NCBI GenBank assembly: GCA_964518905.1
Contig: CAZFJL010000016.1
Coordinates: 2,829-66,828, forward strand
DNA length: 64,000 bases
Direction: 5' to 3'
From: an uncultured Geitlerinema sp.
Lineage (GTDB): Bacteria > Cyanobacteriota > Cyanobacteriia > Cyanobacteriales > Geitlerinemataceae
Shown here: piece after piece, positions 30,707-42,564 of the stretch
Position numbering within the stretch: the first letter of the stretch is position 1
How the letters are laid out: the number at the start of each line of letters is the position of its first letter
Translations under genes and position numbers: made by a program
Notes under the pieces: generated by a model
Told to the model about the DNA's origin: nothing
Seen by the model: the letters and a program-made list of their open reading frames with translations, nothing else
Database searches by the model: none

Positions 30707-30866
30707 TGATTCTATGCAAGAGTCAATAGACCTCTTGCACCAATGTTGACCCTCACCCTAAATCCCTCCCAAACTGGGAGAGGGACTTCTAACTCCCCTT
30801 CTCCCGGCTTGGGAGAGGGGGCTGGGGGGTGAGGGCAAAGCAAAATCGATTCTATGCAAGAGGTCT
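30707..30866. repeat. Composite palindromic element, dispersed repeat family C (…CCCTCACCC…GGGAGAGGG…GGTGAGGGC) bracketed by GATTCTATGCAAGAG repeats
   Basis: The inner arms are 'accctcaccctaaatccctccc' and 'gggagagggggctggggggtgagggc'. 'gattctatgcaagag' occurs at 30708 and at 30848. Related elements lie at 33069-33195 and 62300-62455. Confidence 0.8.
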
Positions 30867-31025
30867 AATGAGTGGTGTGAGAATTAGATCCGCGTTTAAT
30901 CGAGGTTGTCTGCGAAGCATTGGACTGTATTTGCTATATTTCAGTGTCCATTCGTCCTGAACCGTTCCACTGATCCCGCCGTCTCTCCGACCTGTTAAGC
31001 CGCTCAACCCTCCCGGTCATTCCCT

Positions 31026-33023
31026 ATGAGTTTTCCTTTTCCCGACCGTCTCGATCGCAGCCTCGATCGCCTTCAACAACACCTCCTGAGCCTGCAACAC
31101 GACGATGGCTACTGGTGGGCAAATCTCGAATCGAATGTGACGATGACCGCCGAGACGATTTTGCTCTACACCGTCTGGGGGATCACCGATCGGCTGCCGC
31201 TGGCGAAGGCGGAGCAGTATCTACGCAATGAGCAGCGGGATCATGGCGGTTGGGAGCTGTATTACGGGGATGGTGGCGAGCTGAGTGTGTCGATCGAGGC
31301 GTATATGGCGCTGCGTTTGTTGGGGGTGGCGATCGACGATCCCGCCTTGGAACGGGCGCGTGATTTTATCCTCGATCGGGGTGGGATCACGCGATCGCGC
31401 ATCTTTACCAAGTTTCACCTGGCGCTAATCGGCTGCTATGACTGGAGCGGTCTGCCCTCGATCCCCGCCTGGGTGATGTTGCTGCCGGACGGTAACGACG
31501 TGTTCAGCATTTACGACCTGTCGAGCTGGGCGCGGGGTAGCACTGTGCCGCTGATTGTGGTGTTCGATCGCAAGCCCGTCTATGTTGTCGAGCCGATCAT
31601 CACGCTAAACGAGCTATACGCCGAGGGGATCGCCAATGCTCGCTTTGAACTGCCCCGTGATCCCGACGCCGATCCCTTCGATTTTGCCAATCTCAACACC
31701 GCGTTTACAGCGCTCGATGACGGCTTTAAGCTGGGCGAACGCTTGGGGCTGGTTCCGTTCCGCGAGGAAGGATTACGCAAGGCCGAACAGTGGATTCTCG
31801 AACGACAGGAAGCGACGGGAGATTGGGGCGGCATTATTCCGGCGATGCTGAATTCGATGCTGGCGCTGCGGGTGTTGGGCTATGCGATCGATGATCCCGA
31901 GGTGGTGCGCGGATTCGCGGCGCTCGATCGCTTCTCGGTGCAAACGGACGAAACCTATTGGATGCAGCCCTGCATTTCGCCGGTCTGGGATACGGCTTGG
32001 ATGGTGCGGGCGCTGGTGGATTTGGGGATCGATCGTGATGCGCCGGAGCTGGTCAAAGCTGGTCAGTGGTTGGTGAATCAGCAAATTCTCGACTATGGCG
32101 ATTGGGCGGTGAAAAATCCCGACGCTTTGCCTGGTGGTTGGGCGTTTGAATTCGACAATCGGTTTTACCCCGATCTCGATGATTCGGCGGTGGTGGCGAT
32201 GGCGATCGACAAGGTGGATCTGCCGGATACGGCGCAAAAGCAGGCGGCGATCCGACGCGGGATCGATTGGATGATGTCGATGCAGTGTCGCGGTGGCGGC
32301 TGGGCGGCGTTTGATCTCGACAACGATAAAGACTGGCTCAATGATTTACCCTATAGCGATCTCAAAGCCTCGATCGATCCCCCCACGGCGGACGTCACCG
32401 CTCGCGTTCTCGAACTGGTCGGCGAACTCACCGAGTTGACCGACACGCCCGACGCCTACAGCGCCACCCTCGATCGGGATCACGATCGCATCGACGCCGC
32501 TCTCGATTACCTACTGGGCGAACAGGAAAGCGACGGTAGCTGGTTCGGGCGCTGGGGTGTGAACTACATCTACGGGACGAGCGGCGTGCTGTCAGCGCTG
32601 ACCTACTTTGATCGATCGGCGGATATTCGTGAGGCGATCGGGCGGGGAGCGTTGTGGCTGATCGAGGTGCAAAACGAGGATGGTGGCTGGGGTGAATCCT
32701 GCGCGAGCTATACCGATCCCAGCGTCAAAGGCCAGGGTGTGAGTACCCCGTCGCAAACCGCCTGGGCGATCATGGGTCTACTGGCAGCAGCGCCGACCCT
32801 AGCCGGACGAGAACACGCCGCGATCGATCGAGGCGTGCAATATCTGATCGAAGCCCAGCGCGAGGATGGATCGTGGTACGAGGATGAATTTACGGGGACG
32901 GGTTTTCCCTGTCATTTTTACCTGAACTATCGGTATTACCCGCTTTATTTTCCGGCGATCGCCCTGGCACGCTACCGCGCCACCTGTAAAGCGGCGGAAA
33001 CGGAGACCCAAACAACCGCTTAG
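31026..33023 (+). CDS. shc: Squalene-hopene cyclase
   Basis: It has the DxDD catalytic motif 'DLDDSAVVAMA' and repeated QW motifs, e.g. 'QNEDGGWGE', 'QREDGSWYE', 'QESDGSWFGRWG'. Confidence 0.95.
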   Translation: MSFPFPDRLDRSLDRLQQHLLSLQHDDGYWWANLESNVTMTAETILLYTVWGITDRLPLAKAEQYLRNEQRDHGGWELYYGDGGELSVSIEAYMALRLLGVAIDDPALERARDFILDRGGITRSRIFTKFHLALIGCYDWSGLPSIPAWVMLLPDGNDVFSIYDLSSWARGSTVPLIVVFDRKPVYVVEPIITLNELYAEGIANARFELPRDPDADPFDFANLNTAFTALDDGFKLGERLGLVPFREEGLRKAEQWILERQEATGDWGGIIPAMLNSMLALRVLGYAIDDPEVVRGFAALDRFSVQTDETYWMQPCISPVWDTAWMVRALVDLGIDRDAPELVKAGQWLVNQQILDYGDWAVKNPDALPGGWAFEFDNRFYPDLDDSAVVAMAIDKVDLPDTAQKQAAIRRGIDWMMSMQCRGGGWAAFDLDNDKDWLNDLPYSDLKASIDPPTADVTARVLELVGELTELTDTPDAYSATLDRDHDRIDAALDYLLGEQESDGSWFGRWGVNYIYGTSGVLSALTYFDRSADIREAIGRGALWLIEVQNEDGGWGESCASYTDPSVKGQGVSTPSQTAWAIMGLLAAAPTLAGREHAAIDRGVQYLIEAQREDGSWYEDEFTGTGFPCHFYLNYRYYPLYFPAIALARYRATCKAAETETQTTA

Positions 33024-33068
33024 GGCTGGAATTGATACCGGCGGGGCAAACGCTACTCCCGGTTAATT

Positions 33069-33195
33069 CCCTCATCCCTCAAGCTGCCCCCCACCCCTGG
33101 AAAATCGGCTCCTCAACCTCGGCCATCCGTTGTATCCCGACTGGCTAGAGCGATCGCGCTGACCATTTTGGGAGAAGGGGTTGGGGGATGAGGGC
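33069..33195. repeat. Dispersed repeat family C, palindromic copy
   Basis: The arms are 'ccctcatccctcaagctgccccccacccctgg' and 'gggagaaggggttgggggatgagggc'. Confidence 0.7.
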
Positions 33196-33392
33196 ATTCA
33201 TTGGGAGTATGCGTTTGCCCTGGCTTGTGTTTAGAAAGATTGAAAGAACGTGTCACGACTCTGATACCCTGCAATATGGGTTAAACACGCTGTCACCGCT
33301 GGTGAGCGTTATCTTAGCCGCGCGATCGCCGCGTTGCGGGCTACAGGTATGTATTCCCTGCCGTGCAGACCACCAGTTCAGAGAAGTCCTCA

Positions 33393-34766
33393 ATGCGTAT
33401 TTTATTCGTCGCGGCAGAAGCAGCCCCCCTCGCGAAGGTGGGCGGTATGGGGGACGTGGTTGGAGCACTCCCCAAGGCATTACGAAAACTCGGTCACGAT
33501 GTCCGTATTTTCATGCCGTACTACGGCTTTTTACCGAACAAGGTCGATATCCCCAGCGAGCCGGTTTGGTGGGGTCACACCATGTTCCAAGATTTCGCCG
33601 TTTACGAAACGCGACTGCCGGATAGTGACGTGCCGGTGTATCTCTTCGGCCACCCGGTGTTTACGCCCAACGCGATTTACGGCGGCGATAATGAAGGCTG
33701 GCGCTTTACGCTGTTTTCCAGTGCGGCGGCGGAATTTTGTTGGAATTATTGGAAGCCAAATTTAGTCCATAGCCATGATTGGCACGCGGGCATGTTGCCG
33801 GTATGGATGCACCAGTCGCCGGATATTAGCAGCGTTTTCACGATTCATAATTTGGCCTACCAAGGCCCCTGGCGATCGCTGCTAGAGCAAATGACCTGGT
33901 GTCCGTGGTACATGGAAGGCCACAACACGCTGGCGGCGGCGGTGCAATTTGCCGATCGGGTCAACACGGTTTCGCCCACCTACGCCCAGCAGATCCAAAC
34001 GAAGGAATACGGCGAACAGGTCGAAGGGCTGCTCTCGTTCACGAGCGGCAAACTGAGCGGCATCGTCAACGGTATCGACGACGAAAGCTATAACCCGGCG
34101 ACGGATACGCAGATTCAGCAGACCTTCGATGCCGACAGCCTCGATAAGCGCGTCCTGAATAAAATCGCGTTGCAAAAAGAGCTGGGTCTCGAACCGAATC
34201 CCGAGGCGTTTGTGATTGGGATGGTGTCGCGCATGGTTGAGCAAAAGGGCTTTGACCTATTGCTGCAAATCCTCGATCGGTTCATGGCCTACACCGACGC
34301 GCAGTTTATTTTGCTAGGGACGGGCGATCGCTACTACGAGACGCAGATGTGGCAACTGAGCGCCCGCTATCGCAATCGGATGTCGGTGTATCTGCTCTAC
34401 AACGATCGGCTCTCGCGCAAAGTCTATGCCGGGAGCGATGCCTTCCTGATGCCAAGCCGGTTTGAGCCGTGCGGTATTAGTCAAATGATGGCGATGCGTT
34501 ACGGTAGCGTGCCGATCGTGCGGCGTACCGGTGGTCTGGTGGATACGGTGACCCATCATGATCCGATGAACAATACCGGGACGGGCTTTTGTTTCGATCG
34601 CTATGAGCCGCTGGATCTGTTCTCGGCGATCGTGCGGACGTACGAAAGTTTTCGCTACAAGGACAAGTGGCGCGAGCTACAACAGCGCGGAATGCGCCAG
34701 GACTTTAGCTGGACAAAATCGGCGATGGCATACGACAAGCTGTATCGCGAAATAGTCCAGGAATAG
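33393..34766 (+). CDS. glgA: Glycogen synthase
   Basis: The product starts '[27 protein letters not shown]' (K-x-GG motif) and includes '[12 protein letters not shown]'. The ORF is open from a GTG at 33363. Confidence 0.95.
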   Translation: MRILFVAAEAAPLAKVGGMGDVVGALPKALRKLGHDVRIFMPYYGFLPNKVDIPSEPVWWGHTMFQDFAVYETRLPDSDVPVYLFGHPVFTPNAIYGGDNEGWRFTLFSSAAAEFCWNYWKPNLVHSHDWHAGMLPVWMHQSPDISSVFTIHNLAYQGPWRSLLEQMTWCPWYMEGHNTLAAAVQFADRVNTVSPTYAQQIQTKEYGEQVEGLLSFTSGKLSGIVNGIDDESYNPATDTQIQQTFDADSLDKRVLNKIALQKELGLEPNPEAFVIGMVSRMVEQKGFDLLLQILDRFMAYTDAQFILLGTGDRYYETQMWQLSARYRNRMSVYLLYNDRLSRKVYAGSDAFLMPSRFEPCGISQMMAMRYGSVPIVRRTGGLVDTVTHHDPMNNTGTGFCFDRYEPLDLFSAIVRTYESFRYKDKWRELQQRGMRQDFSWTKSAMAYDKLYREIVQE

Positions 34767-34846
34767 TTTGTCTCATTAGGCCTGTTTCACAACGGGTCTA
34801 ATTTGAGCCGGTGAAAGTATGCCAACAGAATGGAGGTGTTCGCGAG

Positions 34847-34890
34847 TTGTGAGAAGTTGGACTTTTCTAAAAGGCCGATTTCTGGGGTGA
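34847..34890. repeat. Dispersed repeat family D, second copy
   Basis: 'ttgtgagaagttggacttttctaaaaggccgatttctggggtga' is the reverse-complement relative of 11806-11850. Confidence 0.7.
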
Positions 34891-35019
34891 ATAGATATAT
34901 TCCGTGAAAATACTTATAACATTTGTTGGTATGAGCTAAATTGAGCTGCTAGGGTAACACCATGCTGATCGCGGTTGCGATCGGTCTATCTAAATCTGTT
35001 TCGAGATGGTTTTTTAGCT

Positions 35020-35922
35020 ATGGTTTTTCAGCGACATTTAACGGCACTACTCGGCGGCGCGGCAACGGCGATCGTCTGTGCGCTCCCCCAAAGCGCGTCG
35101 GCACTGACCGGCGCTCAGGTGAACAACGTCGCCCGCGAAGTCACGACCCTGATCGTCTCGGAATACAGCGACGGAACCGGCCACGGTTCGGGCTTCATTT
35201 TTTCCAATAATGACGACGAATACTACGTTCTGACCAACCGCCACGTGGTCGAAGGCGCAGAGTCGATCATCATCGGTACGCATGGCAATCAAGCCTACGC
35301 GGTGGATCTTGACGACGTGACGATTTTGCCCGGTGCGGATTTGGCGGTGTTGAAGTTCGTCAGCGAAGACGAGCATGAGGTCGCGACACTAGCACCGGGG
35401 GAAACGACGGAAGGTCAGGATGTATTTATCTCGGGCTGGCCTGCGCCGGGGAGTACGGGGCAGCTCATCCGTCAGTTTACCGACGGTCGGATCTCGGGTT
35501 TCCTCAATGATCCCGTCGATGGCTACCAGATGATTTATACCAACGTGACGCGGCGCGGTATGAGTGGTAGCGGCGTATTTGACTCGGCGGGCCGGGTGAT
35601 CGGCGTTCACGGCATGGGCGATTATGCCTCACCGGAGGAAATCCAAACCGAGGAGATGACGGACGAGGAAGCGGCGAGTATTTCGCGGATGATCAAGCCG
35701 GGATTTAACTACGCGATCCCGATCGGGACGGCGATGGATCTGATGGCGGGTCAGCGGATGTATCTGAGTATGGATGTGGATACGTCGCCGTCGCCGGATC
35801 TGGCGGGGCCGTATGTGGCGAGTGAGCCGACGGAGGCAGATACGATCGACAATATCGATTCGATGCTGAATACGTTGGAACGGGTGGGCAATATTCTGAA
35901 TCGGATTGATCGCCTATTCTAG
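35020..35922 (+). CDS. Secreted trypsin-like (S1) serine protease
   Basis: It has a signal peptide ending 'SASA'. The catalytic context is 'LTNRHVV' (His), 'DLAVLKF' (Asp) and 'GMSGSGVF' (Ser). Confidence 0.8.
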   Translation: MVFQRHLTALLGGAATAIVCALPQSASALTGAQVNNVAREVTTLIVSEYSDGTGHGSGFIFSNNDDEYYVLTNRHVVEGAESIIIGTHGNQAYAVDLDDVTILPGADLAVLKFVSEDEHEVATLAPGETTEGQDVFISGWPAPGSTGQLIRQFTDGRISGFLNDPVDGYQMIYTNVTRRGMSGSGVFDSAGRVIGVHGMGDYASPEEIQTEEMTDEEAASISRMIKPGFNYAIPIGTAMDLMAGQRMYLSMDVDTSPSPDLAGPYVASEPTEADTIDNIDSMLNTLERVGNILNRIDRLF

Positions 35923-35936
35923 GCGTTATTGCTCCA

Positions 35937-35978
35937 TTTTTCGCTAGTCAATTTTCGCTAGTCAATTTTCGTTAGCAA
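35937..35978. repeat. Three tandem ~14-bp units (TTTTCGCTAGTCAA x2 plus TTTTCGTTAGCAA)
   Basis: This was read directly from the sequence. It lies immediately 5' of the terminator hairpin. Confidence 0.85.
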
Positions 35979-36013
35979 AAAGCCCCCACTTTCAATGAAA
36001 ATGGGGGCTTTTT
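35977..36013. terminator. Bidirectional rho-independent terminator between the protease gene (+) and rplI (-)
   Basis: The structure is AAAAAGCCCCCA-loop-TGGGGGCTTTTT. Confidence 0.8.
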
Positions 36014-36089
36014 GGTGGGGTTGGTTAATCGATCAAGCGATTTTAGCAGAAACCGATCGTATTAGGACGCTCTTGTTTAAGCCGAAAAC

Positions 36090-36114
36090 CGCACTTCGAC
36101 TCCGCTCAGTGCTC
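36090..36114. repeat. Dispersed repeat family E, second copy
   Basis: This 25-mer is identical to 18813-18837. Here it is embedded between TTAGGACG and CGTCCTAA inverted repeats. Confidence 0.8.
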
Positions 36115-36154
36115 TCAGCTTTTTCATACGTCCTAACCAAATCGTTTTTTGCTA

Positions 36155-36613
36155 TTACAACGGGGTGACGTGAACTTCGACTTCTGCCGTGACTTCGGCG
36201 TGAACTTTCACTTGCACTTTGTAGATACCGAGTTTGTTGATCTCGGGGATCGTGATGCCACGACGATCGAGGTCTTGGCCGGTGCTGGCGAGGATGGCTT
36301 CGGCCATTTCGCGATCGGTCACCGTACCGAAAATTGCATCGCCTTCACCGAGGGGCTTCGCAATCTTGAAGCGACCCACCGATTCGAGCGCTTTTTTGCG
36401 ATCTTCGGCCTCTTGTTTGATTTTGGCGAGACGCTCGGCTTCTTTGGCCTTCCGACGTTCGACCTGCTTGAGGATTCCCGGCGTCGTGTTAACGCCGAGG
36501 CTTTGGGGGATCAGGAAGTTACGAGCATAACCGGGAGCAACTTCGACGACCTCGCCTTTACGACCGAGTTTACTAACGTCTTGGTTGAGTAACAGTTGAA
36601 TACGCTTTGCCAT
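36155..36613 (-). CDS. rplI: 50S ribosomal protein L9
   Basis: The product starts '[36 protein letters not shown]'. Confidence 0.95.
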   Translation of the reverse strand: MAKRIQLLLNQDVSKLGRKGEVVEVAPGYARNFLIPQSLGVNTTPGILKQVERRKAKEAERLAKIKQEAEDRKKALESVGRFKIAKPLGEGDAIFGTVTDREMAEAILASTGQDLDRRGITIPEINKLGIYKVQVKVHAEVTAEVEVHVTPL

Positions 36614-36847
36614 TGTGATTTAAGTTCTTTGCTAGGGGGTTCACAGCTTCGACCGCATGTGACCGGGGTGGCGATCGCTGTGATTCACGCGTGTAGTCCC
36701 CAAGTCTGCTTTAAAGTCCGATCTTCTAGGTTAAACTACGCTGCTGATTCTTACCAGATTTTTTCTTGCGCTACGGTCTAGCTTCATCGATCGCCTGAAC
36801 AGGATGAATCGCGACCGTAACGCACCCTGCCGGGTCTGCCGCGATCC

Positions 36848-38714
<1,867 letters not shown>

Positions 38715-38720
38715 TCAGGA

Positions 38721-39365
38721 TCAAGGTGGGGGCGATCGCCGCTGGCGATACCAAACTGCGCCAATGATCAAGCTTGCCACCAAGGTTAAGGCCAAAATTA
38801 ACCCCCAAATGCTGCCGCCCTGCATCAGATCGCGCCCCGAGCTACCGATCGCGATAAACGGCAACAGCCCCAATACTGTCCCGATCGACGTGCCGATCGT
38901 GTAGTCGCGCCAGGTGACCGCCGTTAAGCCCGCCGCGAGATTGACGAAGCCGTAGGGCAAAATCGGAAGCAGGCGAATCGCGAATAGATAAAGCAGGCCG
39001 CTGCGGCGAATATCAGCATCGATCGCCTCCCACTGACCGGCCAAGCGCGACGCGACCCAGCCGCGCCCGATCGTCCGCGCAAACCCAAACGTCAGCAGCG
39101 CCGCCCCGATCGCGCCGATGCTGCTCCAGAGCATGCCGCCCCAGAGTCCGAACAGAGCGCCACCGGCTAAATTAAGCGGAGTTGATGGCAGTAGCAGGAT
39201 CGTCCCGATCGCGTAGGCCGCCACGTAGGCGATCGGCGCCCAGATCCCCCAGGCATTCAGCCACGCTTCGACGCGATCGGCGTCGATATCGGCGATGAGG
39301 TACAGCGCGATCGCCGTCGCGACCACGAACAGAAAAACCAGCGCGGTCAGGGTGCGTTTCGTCAT
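38721..39365 (-). CDS. TVP38/TMEM64 (DedA-superfamily) membrane protein
   Basis: This is a multi-TM protein with 'LLLPSTPLNLAGGALFG' and 'RLLPILPYGFVNLAAGLT'. Its start overlaps the stop of the upstream GT2 gene (ATGA at 39362-39365). Confidence 0.85.
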   Translation of the reverse strand: MTKRTLTALVFLFVVATAIALYLIADIDADRVEAWLNAWGIWAPIAYVAAYAIGTILLLPSTPLNLAGGALFGLWGGMLWSSIGAIGAALLTFGFARTIGRGWVASRLAGQWEAIDADIRRSGLLYLFAIRLLPILPYGFVNLAAGLTAVTWRDYTIGTSIGTVLGLLPFIAIGSSGRDLMQGGSIWGLILALTLVASLIIGAVWYRQRRSPPP

Positions 39366-40330
39366 GACAGTTCGTCCTGTTCCGGGGATGACGTCGGCGC
39401 TGACGTGCGGTAGACCTGACGCACCAAATATAAAGGCCGCTGCTTCACCTCGTCATACACCCGCCCGAGATATTCCCCCAGCACTCCGATCGCGATCAGT
39501 TGCACACTCCCCAAAAACAACACCGCCACCATCAGCGACGCATACCCCGGCACATCCACCCCCGAGATTAATGTCCGCACTGTCAAAAACACGGCATAGG
39601 CCAGCGACGCCAGCGAAATCGAGACCCCGACATAGCTCCACACTTTCAGAGGCAACGAGCTAAACGCCGTAATGCCATCCAGGGCAAAATTCCAGAGTTT
39701 CCAATAATTCCAACTGGTTTCGCCCGAGAGACGCGGGGCGCGATCGAAATACACCGTCGCCTGTCGATAGCCCACCCAGGCAAACAAGCCTTTCATAAAG
39801 CGGGTGCGCTCGGGCAGTTGTTTGATCGCATCAACGACGGTGCGATCGAGCAAGCGAAAATCGCCGGTATTCGCCGGAATCGGCACGGAACTGAGGCGCG
39901 AAATCGTGCGATAAAACCCCGCCGCCGTGAACTGTTTCAGCCAGCTTTCGCCCAAACGCTGTCGCCGCGTCGCGCACACCACATCAAACCCCTCGCGCCA
40001 CTTTTCCAGCAGCAACTCGATCAGCTCCGGCGGATCTTGCAGGTCAGCATCGATCGGAATCACGGCGCGGCCTTGGGTGTAATCGAGTCCGGCACTCATG
40101 GCGATTTCTTTGCCAAAATTGCGCGACAGATCAATCACGACAATTTGTGGGTAACGGTGTTGGCACGAAAACGCCTGATTTAGCGTGTCGTCGCGGCTGC
40201 CATCGTTTACAAGCACAATTTCGTAGGTCACATCCAGCCGATCGAGCACCTGCATTAGCCGCTCACACAGCCGCTCTAGATTGGATGCTTCATTAAAAAT
40301 AGGAACGACGATCGAAATATCAATGGTCAT
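39362..40330 (-). CDS. GT2 polyprenyl-phosphate glycosyltransferase (GtrB/ArnC/DPM1-like)
   Basis: It has 'ISIVVPIFNE', 'VLVNDGSRDDT', 'IPIDADLQDPP' and two C-terminal TM helices. Confidence 0.88.
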   Translation of the reverse strand: MTIDISIVVPIFNEASNLERLCERLMQVLDRLDVTYEIVLVNDGSRDDTLNQAFSCQHRYPQIVVIDLSRNFGKEIAMSAGLDYTQGRAVIPIDADLQDPPELIELLLEKWREGFDVVCATRRQRLGESWLKQFTAAGFYRTISRLSSVPIPANTGDFRLLDRTVVDAIKQLPERTRFMKGLFAWVGYRQATVYFDRAPRLSGETSWNYWKLWNFALDGITAFSSLPLKVWSYVGVSISLASLAYAVFLTVRTLISGVDVPGYASLMVAVLFLGSVQLIAIGVLGEYLGRVYDEVKQRPLYLVRQVYRTSAPTSSPEQDELS

Positions 40331-40386
40331 GATTGCAGGCAGCGAATTCGGGTTTCTATACCAGGGATCTTCGCGATGGTCTCACC

Positions 40387-41049
40387 TCAGCGTTTACGCG
40401 CCAGGGTGAGGCCGTCGGCGATCGGCAGGAGACTTAAATCAATCCGATCATCGCTCTGAAGCTGGGCATTAAAGGCGCGAATCGCTGCGGTGCGTTTGTC
40501 CGTATCGCTGGCATCGGCGACGCGTCCCGACCAGAGAACATTATCGATCGCAATCACGCCGCCCGGTCGCACGAGCTGTAAACAGCGATCGTAGTAGTTG
40601 GCGTAGTTGCGCTTGTCGGCGTCGATGAAGGCGAAATCGAAGCCGTTTTGCTGACGGTCGGCCAGGAGTCGATCGAGCGTATCGAGAGCCGGGGCAAGCT
40701 GAAGATCGATTTTGTCGGCCATGCCTGCGGTTTGCCAGTAGCGACGGGCGATCGCGGTGGAACTGGGATCGCGATCGCAGGCGACGACCTGCCCATCCTC
40801 CGGCAAGGCCAAGGCAACGACAAGAGCGCTATAGCCCGTAAACACACCAATATCAAGCGTCCGTTTCGCCCCGATGAGCGTCACCAACCAGGCCATAAAC
40901 TGACCCTGTTCTGGCGCGATTTGCATTCGGCTGGCGGGCAGGGTCGCCGTTTCCGCACGAAGCTGCGCCAGGATCTCTGGCTCGCGTAGGGAACTAGATC
41001 GCAGGTAGTCGAGCAGGTCACTCGATAGCCCCAGGGTGTTTTTATTCAT
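40387..41049 (-). CDS. Class I SAM-dependent O-methyltransferase (family 3, caffeoyl-CoA-OMT-like)
   Basis: It has 'TLDIGVFTGYSAL', 'FDFAFIDADKRNY' and 'LVRPGGVIAIDNVLW'. I chose the ATG at 41049. Confidence 0.85.
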   Translation of the reverse strand: MNKNTLGLSSDLLDYLRSSSLREPEILAQLRAETATLPASRMQIAPEQGQFMAWLVTLIGAKRTLDIGVFTGYSALVVALALPEDGQVVACDRDPSSTAIARRYWQTAGMADKIDLQLAPALDTLDRLLADRQQNGFDFAFIDADKRNYANYYDRCLQLVRPGGVIAIDNVLWSGRVADASDTDKRTAAIRAFNAQLQSDDRIDLSLLPIADGLTLARKR

Positions 41050-41083
41050 CGCTTTAGGCTTATGTCGCCCCAATCAAAACGTG

Positions 41084-41140
41084 GATGGATCGCAGGGAGC
41101 GAGACCTTTGAGGTTTTGGAAAGTTCAAAGGTCTGAACTT
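41084..41140. repeat. Dispersed repeat family B
   Basis: 'ggatggatcgcagggagcgagacctttgaggttttggaaagttcaaaggtctgaac' lies 3' of the Ctp protease gene. Confidence 0.8.
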
Positions 41141-41160
41141 CAAACCAAGCTCCAACCCGC

Positions 41161-42387
41161 TTAACGAGCCGTGGCTAATAGCTCGATCGCCTGACGCATG
41201 GCCGGATCGCGATCGGTTCCGAGATCCTGGAGCGTCTCGGGTTTGTCCGTCACGACATAATCCGGCTCGATGCCCTGTTTGTTGATATCGCGATGGTTCG
41301 GCGTTTCATACTTGGCGACGGTGACGGCTAAACCCGCATCGCCGGATAGATCAAACAGCGACTGGATCAAGCCTTTGCCGAAGGTGCGATCGCCGACGAG
41401 TAACGCTCGGTTATTGTCTTGCAGCGCTCCGGCGAGGATTTCGCTGGCGCTGGCTGTGCCGCGATTGACTAGGACGATTAGCGGCGCATCGGTGAGCGCT
41501 TCGTGACCGGCATCGTAGCTTTCGAGGATGGATTGACGGTCAACGGTGTAGACGATCGTGGCGTCGTTGATCCAGAGCCGCGCGATCTCGATGCCCGCCG
41601 ACAGCAGACCGCCGGGATTGCTGCGGAGGTCGAGGACGTAGGCGGTGGCGCCCTGGTCTTGGAGGGTGGCGATCGACTCGGCGACGGATTCGGTGGCGGT
41701 GGCGTTGAACTGGCTGAGGCGGATGTAGCCCAGGTTTAAATCGGGGGCGAGATCGCTGGTGACGAGGCGGGCGATCACGGGATCGATTTCGATCGCGGCG
41801 CGGGTGATGTCGATATTGGCGATCGATTGGTTATCGTGGCGCTGAATCCGCAGCGTGACGTGGGTTCCCACCGTGCCGCGCATCCGGGTTGCGGCTTCAT
41901 CGAGCGTGAGTTTATTGGTCGGGACGCCGTCAATATTGAGGATAAAATCGCCAGGTTCGATGCCCGCTGCTTCGGCGGGTGAACCGGCGATCGGGGCGAT
42001 CGTCCGGAGGATTTTGGTTTCTGGGTCAAAGGCGATTTGTAAGCCGACGCCGGTCAGTTCGCCGGAGGTGCTGACGCGCAGATTGCGGTAGGCTTCGGGA
42101 CGCAGCAGGCGTGTGAACGGTTCGTCGAGTTTGGCGAGCATTTCGTCGATCGTGTCGTACGCCTCGTCGATCGAGTTCATCTGACGCCGCAAGTATTGAT
42201 CGCGCAGCTTCCACCAGTTTTCGCCGTTAAAGCTTTCATCGACGTAGGCACGATTGATGATGCGCCAGGTTTCCGCGACCACTTGCCGCTCGGGGCTGAG
42301 TGCCTCGACTGGGGCGATCGCGCCGAACCAGGTGGCGATCGTCACGATCGCTACGAGTAAGCCAAACCACAATCCGCGTTGTTTCAT
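41161..42387 (-). CDS. Carboxyl-terminal processing protease (S41, CtpA/B/C type) with a PDZ domain
   Basis: It has 'GTASASEILAGAL' (Ser) and 'TFGKGLIQ' (Lys), plus the PDZ segment 'GDFILNIDGVPT'. I chose the ATG at 42387 (MKQRGLWFGLLV…). Confidence 0.9.
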   Translation of the reverse strand: MKQRGLWFGLLVAIVTIATWFGAIAPVEALSPERQVVAETWRIINRAYVDESFNGENWWKLRDQYLRRQMNSIDEAYDTIDEMLAKLDEPFTRLLRPEAYRNLRVSTSGELTGVGLQIAFDPETKILRTIAPIAGSPAEAAGIEPGDFILNIDGVPTNKLTLDEAATRMRGTVGTHVTLRIQRHDNQSIANIDITRAAIEIDPVIARLVTSDLAPDLNLGYIRLSQFNATATESVAESIATLQDQGATAYVLDLRSNPGGLLSAGIEIARLWINDATIVYTVDRQSILESYDAGHEALTDAPLIVLVNRGTASASEILAGALQDNNRALLVGDRTFGKGLIQSLFDLSGDAGLAVTVAKYETPNHRDINKQGIEPDYVVTDKPETLQDLGTDRDPAMRQAIELLATAR

Positions 42388-42564
42388 CCGAGTTTTACGC
42401 CAGCTCACGCCCATTGATTGAAAGACACTCATGTTTGAGATTAACAAACACGTTAAACGACGGCGCGAATCTTTGCGCATCAGGCTCGCAAATTTTTGAG
42501 GTTTCAGCGGTTGGTTCGTGGGGTTGGACAATCCGAACGGATGCAGCAGTCCTGACCCGTGATT

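Noticed and set aside
33188-33765. ORFs of 145 and 143 aa span the shc-glgA spacer and the 5' end of glgA.
   Set aside because: They start inside the family C palindromic repeat and overlap the real glgA frame. No motifs are present.
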